DNA of 64,000 nt from Gammaproteobacteria bacterium (GTDB lineage Bacteria > Pseudomonadota > Gammaproteobacteria > Pseudomonadales > Pseudomonadaceae), in assembly GCA_018826895.1 (NCBI GenBank), contig JAHJYA010000108.1, positions 1,713 through 65,712 on the forward strand, read 5' to 3'. The translations under genes and the position numbers were made by a program. Below are positions 32,445-42,557 of this stretch, piece after piece. The notes beneath the pieces were generated by a model. The model was not told the DNA's origin and did not search any database. It worked only from the letters and a program-made list of their open reading frames with translations. Position 1 is the stretch's first letter. Every line of letters begins with the position of its first letter.

Positions 32445-33113
32445 ATGCGCATCCTGGTCATCGAAGACAACCGCGACATCCTCGCCAACGTGCTCGACTA
32501 TTTGCAGCTCAAGGGCTTTACCGTCGACTGCGCCCAGGACGGGCTGAGCGGGCTGCACTTGGCCAGTACCGGCCATTACGACCTGATCGTGCTCGATATC
32601 ATGTTGCCGGGCATCGACGGTTTTCAGGTCTGCAAGCGCCTACGTGAGGACGCGCGCAATGAGGTGCCGATCCTTATGCTGACCGCTCGCGATACGTTGG
32701 ATGATCGCCTGCAAGGCTTGCAGGCCGGGGCGGACGATTACCTGATCAAACCGTTCGCGTTGTCCGAACTGGTGGCGCGGATCGAGGCCATCCTGCGCCG
32801 CAGCCAGGGCAGCCGCAAACGCCAGTTGAAAGTTGCTGACCTGGTCTACGACCTCGATACCCTGACCGTCAGCCGCGCTGGCCAGCCGCTCAAGCTCAAT
32901 CCCATCGGGCTGAAGATACTGGCCGTGCTGATGCAGAAAAGCCCGGCAGTGGTGCGCCGCGAAGCCCTTGAGGAAGCGCTGTGGGGCGATGATTGCCCCG
33001 ACAGCGACAGCCTGCGCAGCCATATTCACCAGTTGCGCCAAGTGCTTGATAAACCCTTCACCACCGCCCTGCTGCACACACTGCATGGCGTAGGCTATCG
33101 CCTCGCGGAGTAA
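32445..33113 (+). CDS. colR: OmpR-family response regulator, ColR-like
   Basis: MRILVIEDNRDILAN, WGDDCPDSDSLRSH, HGVGYRL; followed by kinase, methyltransferase and InaA genes. Confidence 0.82.
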   Translation: MRILVIEDNRDILANVLDYLQLKGFTVDCAQDGLSGLHLASTGHYDLIVLDIMLPGIDGFQVCKRLREDARNEVPILMLTARDTLDDRLQGLQAGADDYLIKPFALSELVARIEAILRRSQGSRKRQLKVADLVYDLDTLTVSRAGQPLKLNPIGLKILAVLMQKSPAVVRREALEEALWGDDCPDSDSLRSHIHQLRQVLDKPFTTALLHTLHGVGYRLAE

Positions 33114-33117
33114 CCCC

Positions 33118-34383
33118 ATGCTGTCGAAACAGCCATTCGCCCGGCGCATCCTGATCGCCTTCGTGCTGATGACCTTTTTGGTCAGCGGCCTGTTTTCTCT
33201 AAGCATCGTCGCCGTGGTGCACTTCATCGAGGAGCACTTGGTTTCCCAGGAGTTGCGCCGCCAGCTCGATACGGTGCTGCACGAAGACCTGGCTCACGGC
33301 CGCCCTCCGCGCCTGGATTCAAGTACTCGCCTGTACGCCTCAGGGTTGCCGGCCTATGCCATTCCAGCGCAATTCGCAGGGCTCGGTGATGGCTTCACCG
33401 AGGTCGTGGAAGACGACTACTCGTTCTATGCCTACAGCCAGACCATCAACGGCCAGCGCTACCTGCTGGTCCAGGAGCAGCGTGAATTCGAGGCCCGCGA
33501 ACAGGCTCTGTTCAATGTCGTATTGGCCGGATTTCTGCTCACCGTACTTGGCGCCTGGGGCCTAGGGCTGGTCATGGCACGCAAGGTCATGGCCCCCGTC
33601 ACCCGACTGGCACAACAGGTTCGCCATCGCGACCAACTGCACCCATTAGCACCAGCGTTGGCTGCGGAGTACCCCAACGATGAGGTGGGCCAGTTGGCTG
33701 AGGCGTTTGACAGTACCCTCGGGCAGGTACGCCAGGCTCTGGAGCGCGAGCAACTATTCACCAGCGACGTCAGCCATGAGCTGCGCACGCCGCTAATGAT
33801 CATCGCCAGTTCCTGCGAGCTGTTGGCCGAGGCGCCTCTGTCACCGCGAGAGCGCGAACAACTGGGACGCATCGAACGGGCGGCCGAGGAAATGCGCAAT
33901 TTGGTTCAGGCATTTTTGCTGCTGGCGCGCGGCCACAGCGCGCAGCCAGCAGGCAAGGACTCGCTGGCAACCGTCAGCGCCGCTCAGGTCGCACGTTGGG
34001 GTCCGCTGTTCGAGGAGAAAGGATTGCGCTTCGACTACCAGGAAACCGGTCCGGATCACGGCCAATACGACACCACCTTCCTCGGCACGGTGATGTCCAA
34101 TCTACTGCGCAACGCGCTGCACTACACCGAGCATGGTGCGGTGCAGTTGATCACCGGGCCAGGTGGTTTTCGGGTCGAGGACACTGGTGCGGGCATCCCA
34201 CTGGCGCAGCAGGCGCAAATCTTTGAGCCCTTCGTGCGCGGTCCCCAAGCACGAGGCGAAGGACTGGGGTTGGGGCTCTCGCTGGTCAAGCGGATTTGTA
34301 GCAAGCAGGGCTGGACGATTACCGTGAGCAGCTTGCAAAGCGGCGGAACCTGCTTCAACGTCAAACTAAACGTCTCCTCTTGA
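33118..34383 (+). CDS. colS: Sensor histidine kinase, ColS-like
   Basis: Two TM helices, periplasmic ExxE (FEARE), [18 protein letters not shown]. Confidence 0.82.
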   Translation: MLSKQPFARRILIAFVLMTFLVSGLFSLSIVAVVHFIEEHLVSQELRRQLDTVLHEDLAHGRPPRLDSSTRLYASGLPAYAIPAQFAGLGDGFTEVVEDDYSFYAYSQTINGQRYLLVQEQREFEAREQALFNVVLAGFLLTVLGAWGLGLVMARKVMAPVTRLAQQVRHRDQLHPLAPALAAEYPNDEVGQLAEAFDSTLGQVRQALEREQLFTSDVSHELRTPLMIIASSCELLAEAPLSPREREQLGRIERAAEEMRNLVQAFLLLARGHSAQPAGKDSLATVSAAQVARWGPLFEEKGLRFDYQETGPDHGQYDTTFLGTVMSNLLRNALHYTEHGAVQLITGPGGFRVEDTGAGIPLAQQAQIFEPFVRGPQARGEGLGLGLSLVKRICSKQGWTITVSSLQSGGTCFNVKLNVSS

Positions 34384-34395
34384 CGAATTTTTCAC
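34380..34395 (+). promoter_or_regulatory. Predicted ColR binding box for the methyltransferase-inaA operon
   Basis: TTGACGAATTTTTCAC overlapping the colS stop. Confidence 0.65.
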
Positions 34396-34465
34396 ATCCT
34401 TTTGACGCGCGCTTGATGCATGACCCTCTAGCGTGGCACTCACCTTCTTCAGTGGATGCCGCGCC

Positions 34466-35155
34466 ATGTTCAAGCCCAGCCCCGTCGAGCTCGAGTTTTC
34501 CCGCAAGTACGACCAGGACCACGCCCAGCAGTATCTGCACAAGCACCAGGATGGTCTGGCACGGCGTCTGTCGCACTGGCGCGACGTGCAGGTCGCACGC
34601 CAGGCACTGAAACAAGTCGATGAGCCTAATCTGGTACTCGACCTCCCTTGCGGCGCCGGGCGTTTCTGGCCGCTGCTCAGCGAACAACCGAACCGGGTGA
34701 TCCTGGCTGCCGACAACTCTGCCGACATGCTGGCCACGGCACGGGCCGCCCAGCCCAAGGCGGTGGTTGCACGGGTCAATACCTTCAAGACGTCGGCCTT
34801 CGCCATCGACTTGGGCGACAAGGCCGTGGACTGCATTTTCTGCATCCGCTTGCTGCACCACATCGAGTCCGCCGAACACCGCCTGGCGATCCTGCGCGAG
34901 TTCCATCGGGTCAGCCGTGACTCGCTGATCGTCTCGCTGTGGGTCGATGGCAACTACAAGGCCTGGAAACGCCGCCGCCTGGAACAACGCCGCCTCACCG
35001 AGGGCCGCGCGCCCCAGCACGGCAATCGTTTTGTGATTGCGCGCAAGGTGATCGAAAGCGAATTTCGCCAGGCCGGCTTTCACATTGTCGGCCACCAGGA
35101 CTTCCTGCCCGGCTATGCGCTTTGGCGCACCTATACCCTGCGCAAGGCGGCATGA
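34466..35155 (+). CDS. Class I SAM-dependent methyltransferase (Orf222/WarA-like)
   Basis: VLDLPCGAGRF motif I, CIRLLHH; start ATG 34466. Confidence 0.88.
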   Translation: MFKPSPVELEFSRKYDQDHAQQYLHKHQDGLARRLSHWRDVQVARQALKQVDEPNLVLDLPCGAGRFWPLLSEQPNRVILAADNSADMLATARAAQPKAVVARVNTFKTSAFAIDLGDKAVDCIFCIRLLHHIESAEHRLAILREFHRVSRDSLIVSLWVDGNYKAWKRRRLEQRRLTEGRAPQHGNRFVIARKVIESEFRQAGFHIVGHQDFLPGYALWRTYTLRKAA

Positions 35156-35844
35156 ACATGGCCAGCCTGATTCAGCCAATCCTCCCCGCCCTGACCAGCG
35201 AGTTCGACCGCTGGTGGGCCTGTGCCGGCACCTGGGTCGAGCCCGCCAACCAGCGCCGTGGCGGCGAGAGCGGCGTGCAGCTCCTGGCGCCGCGTGACCC
35301 GACGCGCTCGGCGCTGTACTGCAAGCGCCAGACCGGCCATACCTATCGCAGCCTGATGCACCCCGTCGGCCGCCCTACCGCCCTGCGCGAGCGGGATGCC
35401 TACCTGGCCCTGAAGCGTCTCGGTATCAGCACCCCCAGGCTGGTATATGCGGCGGCGCGGCACGCGGATGGCCACTGGCAAGCGCTGCTGGTCACCGAGG
35501 CCCTGGAAGGTTTTATCAGCCTTGAACAGTGGTACGCCCAAACCCAGCCCACCGCGCTCACCGAGGCCATGCTGCAGGCCCTCGGTGGGACATTGGCGCG
35601 CCTGCATGGGGCGCGCTGGCAGCATGGCTGCTGCTACGCCAAGCATTTATTTATCCGCGTGGTGGACGCTGAAAACCAGCATCTGGAAATCGCCCTGCTC
35701 GACCTGGAAAAAAGCCGCCGTCGCTGGCGCGTGCGCGATGCCTCACGCCACGACATGCGCCAACTCGGCCGCCATTGCGCGGGCATGCCGGCCAGCGATA
35801 TGCAGGTGTTGCAGCAGGCCTATCAGCAAGCACTGCGGCCCTGA
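35152..35844 (+). CDS. InaA-like lipopolysaccharide kinase family protein
   Basis: WVEPANQRRGGESGV, YCKRQ, HGCCYAKH, LLDLEK; ATGA overlap with upstream gene. Confidence 0.88.
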   Translation: MNMASLIQPILPALTSEFDRWWACAGTWVEPANQRRGGESGVQLLAPRDPTRSALYCKRQTGHTYRSLMHPVGRPTALRERDAYLALKRLGISTPRLVYAAARHADGHWQALLVTEALEGFISLEQWYAQTQPTALTEAMLQALGGTLARLHGARWQHGCCYAKHLFIRVVDAENQHLEIALLDLEKSRRRWRVRDASRHDMRQLGRHCAGMPASDMQVLQQAYQQALRP

Positions 35845-35848
35845 GTCC

Positions 35849-38587
35849 CTAACCCAGCAGTCCCAAGCCCTTGGCGCGGGCCACCGCCTGGGTGCGGCGT
35901 TCAACCCCAAGCTTGCTATTGATGTGCCGCGCATGGGTCTTGACCGTGTGCAGGGAGATGAACAGCCGCTCGCTGATCTCCTGGTTGGAGCAGCCCAGGG
36001 CGATCAGCCGCAACACAGCCAGTTCACGCGAGCTGAGTGCCTCGGCGGCGCTTTCCATGGCTGGCGCATCCAAATGCTCGGCGGTGGCAGGTAGCTCGTT
36101 GGTCAGTGCCTGGCACAAGGGGCAGGCACTGCGCGTGCGCAGCTGCTCGCGCGTCCAGTCCGGCTGGTGCGCCACCAGTTCGGCAAAGGGCAACAAGGCA
36201 CCCCCGGGCGTGGCCTGCAGGCACAGGTTGAAGTGTTGCTGGGCCTCGCGCTCGCGCCCACTCAGGCGCAGCAACAGGGTCAGTTGCACCAGGGCAAGGG
36301 CGGCAAACAGTTGCGACCCCATGCTTTGCGCACGCAGGCAAAGTGCATGCAGACGGCGCTCCGCTGCATCGGCCTGGCCAAGCCGGCGCTCCAGGGCTGC
36401 GCGTTGCAGTTCGATGTGCAGGGCCAGTTGCGGGTGAAACTCGGGGGCTGGTGCCGCCTGCTCACCGCCATAGGTTTCGGCCAAACGGCCCAACCAGGCA
36501 CCCGCCAGATCGAGCTGACCTTGGGCGAGCCACAGTTCGCACTTGGTCAAGGTGATCATCGCCAGGTAATAGACCGCTGGCACATCCCAGATATGCATCA
36601 GTCGCTCGGCTTCCCCCAGTAACGCGAACGCCTCGGGTAGACGACCGCTGCGCCCGTCCAGGCTGGCAAGAACGCAGTAGCCGACCAGCACACCGATATC
36701 CCGGCAGGCCCGCGCCTCGGCAATGCCGGCTTGCAAACGCTGGCGAGCCTCTACAGGTTGCAGGCGCAGGGTATACAGATGCCCCAGGTAGATATTCAGA
36801 CGCGCCCGCGCCGCATAATGACGCTGCTCCGACAAGCTGCGCAGGCGCACCAGCCCCTGATTCAGCTCATCCAGCCCACGCATGACTTCGCCACGAGCCT
36901 GCAGCACGCGCGCACGGTCATAATGGGTCAGGGCCTCGAACAAGGGATTGCCGACCCGTTGTGCCAGTTCCAGGGACTCACGATTGAGGCCACGGGCACG
37001 CCACAGATCGCCTTCGACAATCGCCAGGTTGGCGAGCGTCGACAAACACATCAGACGCTGCCCGTAACGATCACGAGGCAGCCCGGCCAAGGCTTCACCA
37101 CAGTAAGTCTGCGCCAGTTGGCGATGACCACGACCGCGCGCAATCACGCCACTGATGGCCAGCCACTGAGCCAGCAAACCTTGTTGCTGGGCCGCTGTAG
37201 GCGCCGGGAAGAACCGGCACAGCTGGTTGGCCAGCTCTTCTGCCGCATCAAGCTGACAAGCCAGCGCCAGCGCCCAGCTGTACAGCACCACTAGGCGCGG
37301 CGTGCTGCACAGCAGGTTATCGGGCAAGTCCATCTTCCAGCGCAGCAGCGTAACCACGTTCTGCTCGGCCAGCAGTTGCTCCTCGGACAGGTTCTGCACC
37401 AGGTTGGCCGCTACATCCGGTTGCCCGGCGCGCAACGCCTGCTCGATGGCCTCATCCAGGAGACCTTGGGCGCTGAACCAGCGGCAGGCACGCAAATGCA
37501 GACTGGCCGAGGAGCGCGGCAGATCCTGCGTCGGCCGTGCGCGCAGCAGATCGGAAAACAGGTGGTGGTAACGAAACCACTGCCCCTGCTCGTCCAGCGG
37601 CACCAGAAATACCTGGTGCGCCTGCAAATGCCGCAAAATCGCCGCACTGTCGCTGGTGTCGCGCAGCGCATCACAGAGCTCTGCGCAGAAACGCTCCTGG
37701 CTTGCGGTCTCGTAGAGAAACATCTGGACGTCGGCCGGCTGCCGCTCTATGACCTCCTCGAGCAGGTAATCGCGGATCAGTCCTTCAGCCCCATGGGGCA
37801 CTGGCGGCGGTTCATCGACAGCACTTTCGGCAGCAGCCAGCAGCCACAAACGCAGGCCGGCGACCCAGCCTTCACTGCGCTGCAGTAACGTGGCGAATGC
37901 ATCGCCCGCCAGCGCTGTGCCCTGGCTGGCCATCAACGCAGTGGTCTCATCGGCGGTCAGGCGCAGGTCCTGTTCGTGCAACTCAAGCAACTGGCGCGAC
38001 AGGCGCAGACGAGCCAGATGCCAGTCCGGGCGCTGGCGGCTGGTCACCAGCAAGAGCAAACCGGTCGGCAGGTGATTGAGCAGAAACTGCAAACAGCGAT
38101 CGAGCACTGCCCCCTGGGCCAGGTGATAGTCATCCAGCACGACCAGAACAGGCCGCTGCGGGTCCAGGCGCAGGCTCAGCTCGTCGAGCAAGCCATCCAG
38201 CCATTGCTCGAAGGCAAACGGCTGGTGCCGCTGGCGTAACTTGAGCAAGCCCAGGGCCTCCTCACCCAAACCGGGGAACACCACCTGCAGCCCACTCAAC
38301 AGGCGCTCGAGAAAGCGCCCAGGATCGCCATCGCGATGGCTCAGCCCCAACCAGAGGCTCTGCCATTGCAGCGGTAACTGTTCGCAGAATTCGATAGCCA
38401 AAGAGCTCTTGCCGAAGCCAGCCGGAGCACTGATCAACAACAGGCGACCATCCAGGCCCGTCTGCAGACGCTCGCACAGACGGGGCCGTGGCACATACCC
38501 ACTGGGCAGTGGCGGACGAAAAAACGGCGTCTCCGCGCGACCGGCGGGGGAAGAATACATGTGCGTCAGGTGGGGCAGATCAGTCAT
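35849..38587 (-). CDS. MalT-like large ATP-binding LuxR family regulator
   Basis: APAGFGKS P-loop, VLDDYH Walker B, TPR-like region, C-terminal LuxR HTH (LSSRE...HTVKTH). Confidence 0.93.
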   Translation of the reverse strand: MTDLPHLTHMYSSPAGRAETPFFRPPLPSGYVPRPRLCERLQTGLDGRLLLISAPAGFGKSSLAIEFCEQLPLQWQSLWLGLSHRDGDPGRFLERLLSGLQVVFPGLGEEALGLLKLRQRHQPFAFEQWLDGLLDELSLRLDPQRPVLVVLDDYHLAQGAVLDRCLQFLLNHLPTGLLLLVTSRQRPDWHLARLRLSRQLLELHEQDLRLTADETTALMASQGTALAGDAFATLLQRSEGWVAGLRLWLLAAAESAVDEPPPVPHGAEGLIRDYLLEEVIERQPADVQMFLYETASQERFCAELCDALRDTSDSAAILRHLQAHQVFLVPLDEQGQWFRYHHLFSDLLRARPTQDLPRSSASLHLRACRWFSAQGLLDEAIEQALRAGQPDVAANLVQNLSEEQLLAEQNVVTLLRWKMDLPDNLLCSTPRLVVLYSWALALACQLDAAEELANQLCRFFPAPTAAQQQGLLAQWLAISGVIARGRGHRQLAQTYCGEALAGLPRDRYGQRLMCLSTLANLAIVEGDLWRARGLNRESLELAQRVGNPLFEALTHYDRARVLQARGEVMRGLDELNQGLVRLRSLSEQRHYAARARLNIYLGHLYTLRLQPVEARQRLQAGIAEARACRDIGVLVGYCVLASLDGRSGRLPEAFALLGEAERLMHIWDVPAVYYLAMITLTKCELWLAQGQLDLAGAWLGRLAETYGGEQAAPAPEFHPQLALHIELQRAALERRLGQADAAERRLHALCLRAQSMGSQLFAALALVQLTLLLRLSGREREAQQHFNLCLQATPGGALLPFAELVAHQPDWTREQLRTRSACPLCQALTNELPATAEHLDAPAMESAAEALSSRELAVLRLIALGCSNQEISERLFISLHTVKTHARHINSKLGVERRTQAVARAKGLGLLG

Positions 38588-38640
38588 CGACCGGGTTCTT
38601 GGGCGGCGTGCCCTACTGGACACGAATGCCCAGCAGCCTA

Positions 38641-38904
38641 GGGTCTGTTACCACTTCAGCGCAAGCCGCGTTGCTGCGAGAAATCTCGCCAGGCTAGACG
38701 GAGGACGCCGGTAATGGCTGTTCCCTTGCCAAGTCCTCCAACAACGCATGGCGAGATTTCTCGCGCAACCCGTAGGGCCGGGCCTGTTTTGTCGCGATGC
38801 TGCGTTTCTCGCCGTCTCATTTGGCCCGCCAAACTTCGCGGCTCGCGCCTTGCCTCGCGGCAAAACGGGCTCCGGCGCGGTCGTGCTGAAATGGCAACAG
38901 ACCC
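38641..38904. mobile_element. MITE, 264 bp, non-autonomous
   Basis: Terminal inverted repeats GGGTCTGTTACCACTTCAGC / GCTGAAATGGCAACAGACCC (18/20 complementary), TA (CTAG) at both flanks, long internal palindromes, no transposase. Confidence 0.88.
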
Positions 38905-39157
38905 TAGCCCTCGGCCGGTGCTTTTGAAGCCCTGAAAAAGCTGACAGATGATTCAGGATGCATCGGCCAAGCCTGAGCCGCTTACATCCGTCCAGAACGG
39001 CTGTGACCAAGATGGGCATTTGCCACAACAAACTGCACGGACTGGGGCAGCCCCAGATGCATGCGCGAAGGCGGTGGCGATGATGACGTGACCTTAACGA
39101 ATCTCGCCCCACACCTACAGGCATAGCCACGACGAAACAGCACGAACAACGCCCACG

Positions 39158-39183
39158 AAAAAGCCGGCACAGAGGCCGGCTTC
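39158..39183 (-). terminator. Intrinsic terminator after the DUF1329 gene
   Basis: Minus strand GAAGCCGGC-CTCTGT-GCCGGCTTTTT. Confidence 0.8.
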
Positions 39184-39208
39184 GTCGAACAGCAGTTACG
39201 TTAAGCGA

Positions 39209-40576
39209 TTAGCGCACGCCAGCCTGACGCAGGGCAGCGGGGGTGTAGTCGCTTTCCTTGGCCGGGTAGTCGAACTCGTATGCACTCTTCTCTTCGTTCT
39301 TCATACCCAGAGCCAGGTAACGGCCGGAGAGCAGGTCGTACAGGGTTTCAACGCTGTACCACGGCACTTGCTTGTCGTAGTAGTACTGCGCATGTGCTTC
39401 GGCAACACGCCACAGGGTGCCACGGCCGTCGTAGTGGTCGATGGCAGCGGCTTGCCAGGTGTCTTCGTCGATGAAGAAGTCACGCTTGGCGTAGATGTGA
39501 CGCTCGCCCTGTTTCAGGGTTGCAGTCACATGCCACACGCGGTGCAACTCGTAACGGGTCAGGTCCTGGTTGATGTGGCCAGCTTTGATGATGTCGCTGT
39601 ACTTGAGCTTCGGCGAATCCAGACGGTAGCTGTTGTACGGGATGTAGATTTCCTTCTTGCCGTTGAGCTTCCACTCGTAACGATCCGGCGCACCGTTGTA
39701 CATGTCTAAGTTGTCCGAAGTACGCAGGCCATCGGCTGCAGTACCTGGGCCGTCATACGACACCTGGGGTGCACGGCGCACGCGACGCTGACCGGCGTTG
39801 TACAGCCACGCCAGACGCGGCTCCTTCACCTGGTTGAGGGTCTCGTGCACCAGCAGAACGTTGCCGGCCAGGCGCGACGGAGCGGTTACCCGCTGCTTGA
39901 AGTAGAACAGCACGTTGCTCGGCTTGCTGGTATCGGCATCCTTGAGCGCACCACGGAAGGTGAACTCATCCTGGAAATAAACCAGGCTGTAGGAACCGTT
40001 CGGCTGCGGCGTGGCCTGGGTGACCAGACGCTTGACGCTGCCACCGCGGTAGCGGGCGATGTGGTTCCAGATCGCTTCCAGACCGTCCTTCGGAATCGGG
40101 AACGGGTTGGCCTCGGTGAAGTTCTCCAGGCCGTTACCGCCCTCAACCAGCTTGGTGTTCACCGCGTTGGCCTTGGTACCGGCGATGATCCGCTCCGGCA
40201 CGTTCGCAGTACGGTGCGTGGTGAACACCGGCATGCGGTAGGTTTCCGGGTAACGCTTGAACATGGCTTGCTGGCCAGGGGTCAGCTTGTCCTTGTACTG
40301 CTCCATGTTCTGCGCGGTGATGGTGAACAGCGGCTGCTCGTTCGGGAACGGGTCAGCCAGGAAGCCGCCCGCGTCCACCGCACCGGCATTGGCCGGCAGA
40401 CCACCGGTCCACGCCGGGATGGTGCCATCCGCGTTACCTGCCATCTCTGCGCCCAGGGGCGTAAGCGTGGTACCCAGCTTGGCAGCTTCTTCAGAGGACA
40501 CCGCAGCCATCACGCTGCAGGCAAGCAGCGAGAGGGCCAGGGCGCCAGTTTGCAGCAGACTTTTTGTTGTTTTCAT
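39209..40576 (-). CDS. DUF1329 family secreted protein
   Basis: Signal peptide, LTPLGAEMAGNADGTIPAW, RLAWLYNAGQRRVRRAP, HIYAKR. Confidence 0.9.
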   Translation of the reverse strand: MKTTKSLLQTGALALSLLACSVMAAVSSEEAAKLGTTLTPLGAEMAGNADGTIPAWTGGLPANAGAVDAGGFLADPFPNEQPLFTITAQNMEQYKDKLTPGQQAMFKRYPETYRMPVFTTHRTANVPERIIAGTKANAVNTKLVEGGNGLENFTEANPFPIPKDGLEAIWNHIARYRGGSVKRLVTQATPQPNGSYSLVYFQDEFTFRGALKDADTSKPSNVLFYFKQRVTAPSRLAGNVLLVHETLNQVKEPRLAWLYNAGQRRVRRAPQVSYDGPGTAADGLRTSDNLDMYNGAPDRYEWKLNGKKEIYIPYNSYRLDSPKLKYSDIIKAGHINQDLTRYELHRVWHVTATLKQGERHIYAKRDFFIDEDTWQAAAIDHYDGRGTLWRVAEAHAQYYYDKQVPWYSVETLYDLLSGRYLALGMKNEEKSAYEFDYPAKESDYTPAALRQAGVR

Positions 40577-40607
40577 AGTCATCGTTTTCCTCAAAATTCC
40601 CGACTGA

Positions 40608-42557
40608 TTAGAAGTTCATACCAACGCTGAGCGATACGAAGTCACGGTCGATGGAGGTGTTGTACTTACCACCGAAGAAATCGGTGTAGGACAGGCTGGC
40701 GTTATAGGTGTTCTGGTATTCAGCATCCAGTCCCAAGCTAACGGCCTTACGACCCTCTTCAAAGTTGGCACCTGGACCTGGAGAGTAACCATCGACGTCA
40801 TGCGACCAAGCGACGCTCGGACGAAGGTTCACGCCCGCAAATACGTCTGGGTAATCCCAGATTGCCCGAGCACGATACCCCCACGAGTTGGCAGTTGTGA
40901 AACCATCATCTTCACAGTATTTACTAACGTTCTCCGCTGTTGGACTACCGAGGGTGCCCGCATTCAGCGTTTCACAGGTACCAGCTGGCAAAGGGCCAGG
41001 ACCAAAGATTGGATCGCGGCCGTAGCGCGCTTCAGAAGTACGCTCCAACCCCCCAACATGGGTAAAACCAACCTCGCCCACCAAGGTCAAGCGGCTAGCG
41101 CCCATTACCTGATCAAAGAAATGCGTGAAGGTTGTTTGCAGCTGCGTAATTTCCTTGCGATTGTAGCCATTCAAGTCAGCCCCAGGAGTGCCCTGCAAAA
41201 CAGAAACATTGGGGTTGAGGGGAGTAATCCCGGCGAATAGGATATCAGTGGTGTTCAACTGAACAGGTGCATTAGGGCGGTAGCTGATCTCACCACTCCA
41301 AGCGGTGCCGGTGGGCAGTGTTGTGGAAAAGCTCAACCCGTAGAGACGGATATCTTCCGGATACTCAATGAAATAGCTTGAGTTACCAGCCACCACCAAG
41401 GGGGCCAATTGGCCAACCAGCCCTGGAATAGCTGCGCCTGGTACGCCGACGCCTCCAAGCTGAGGGCCGAGACCACCTGGATTCAACGGACTGAAAAGAG
41501 CATAGACACTGGGATCAGCAGAACTACCGCTGAAAATAGGCGAGCGGCTGTGGTAATTCATGAAGTAAGCACCGAACTCGGTATCAAGTGCCGGTGCAAA
41601 ATAACGGAATGCCAACCCCCATTGACCGTCATCGCGCGCATCACGATCCGGCCCACGAGCTACCCGAACGCCTTCATCAGGATTACCCCAACTCACGCCA
41701 TTGTTCTCGAGAACATCCAATACAGCAGGCGCCAGCGGGCCTAGACCGGCAAGAGAGCTGGAAAGTGCGGCGTTGGTGCGCAGAACAGCAAAGTTATCGT
41801 CACAGCCGTCTGCAACTACGTCTGCCTGAGAAAAGAAGGTACCGCAGTTATCAACAACAGTCTGATCCCACTCCAACTGATAGAACGTCTCCATAGAGAG
41901 GTTCTCGGTCAAGCTCTGCGAAATGTAGAACATGTTGACCGGGATCAAGCCTTCTTTAACTTCCGCGCCAGGACGTCGAAACGCGGACACATCAACTGGG
42001 TTGACTGCGTTGATACCGTTCTGGATGAACGTACTTTCCCCCCAGCTAATTACCTGCTTACCAAGGCGCACCGAGCCCGGCTGATCGGCAATGGCATAGT
42101 TGTGATAAACGAAGGCATCGAGAATTTGTGCGCCAGAGGACTGAGCACCTTCTTTACGGTTGCTGTCGGAAATGTCCTTGAACTCTCGGCTTTCATCCTT
42201 GAGTTCAAAGTCATACCAATACTTACCGCGAACAAATACGCCGGTGTCGCCGTATTTCAATTCAAGATCGTGAATGCCCTTGAAAATCTTTGAGAAAGTT
42301 TCGCCCTTTTCGAAGTTGAGGTGGCCATCATCAGAGGTCTGGGAAAGCCCCCTACCACCGTTGTTTACGCCAATCAGATCTCTATCCGCCCCCCGCACAG
42401 ACCAGCTTGCGCCGACCGACAACGAGGAGTCGAACTGACCTTCGATTTCGCCGATGTTAAAAGTAACGGCGAAGGCAGGGGCACTGAGGGTGGATGCGAG
42501 GCTGACGGCCAGCGGCAGTTTTGCCAGACGCCAGAACGATTTTGTATTTGTTGTCAT
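40608..42557 (-). CDS. DUF1302 family outer-membrane protein
   Basis: Signal peptide, SDDGHLNF, RLGKQVISWGES, EYPEDI, C-terminal DRDFVSLSVGMNF barrel signature; start ATG 42557 with GGAG RBS. Confidence 0.9.
   Translation of the reverse strand: MTTNTKSFWRLAKLPLAVSLASTLSAPAFAVTFNIGEIEGQFDSSLSVGASWSVRGADRDLIGVNNGGRGLSQTSDDGHLNFEKGETFSKIFKGIHDLELKYGDTGVFVRGKYWYDFELKDESREFKDISDSNRKEGAQSSGAQILDAFVYHNYAIADQPGSVRLGKQVISWGESTFIQNGINAVNPVDVSAFRRPGAEVKEGLIPVNMFYISQSLTENLSMETFYQLEWDQTVVDNCGTFFSQADVVADGCDDNFAVLRTNAALSSSLAGLGPLAPAVLDVLENNGVSWGNPDEGVRVARGPDRDARDDGQWGLAFRYFAPALDTEFGAYFMNYHSRSPIFSGSSADPSVYALFSPLNPGGLGPQLGGVGVPGAAIPGLVGQLAPLVVAGNSSYFIEYPEDIRLYGLSFSTTLPTGTAWSGEISYRPNAPVQLNTTDILFAGITPLNPNVSVLQGTPGADLNGYNRKEITQLQTTFTHFFDQVMGASRLTLVGEVGFTHVGGLERTSEARYGRDPIFGPGPLPAGTCETLNAGTLGSPTAENVSKYCEDDGFTTANSWGYRARAIWDYPDVFAGVNLRPSVAWSHDVDGYSPGPGANFEEGRKAVSLGLDAEYQNTYNASLSYTDFFGGKYNTSIDRDFVSLSVGMNF

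Noticed and set aside
38648-39130. ORFs crossing the MITE (160 aa and 73 aa)
   Set aside because: No DDE or HUH motifs; incidental frames through a palindromic non-coding element
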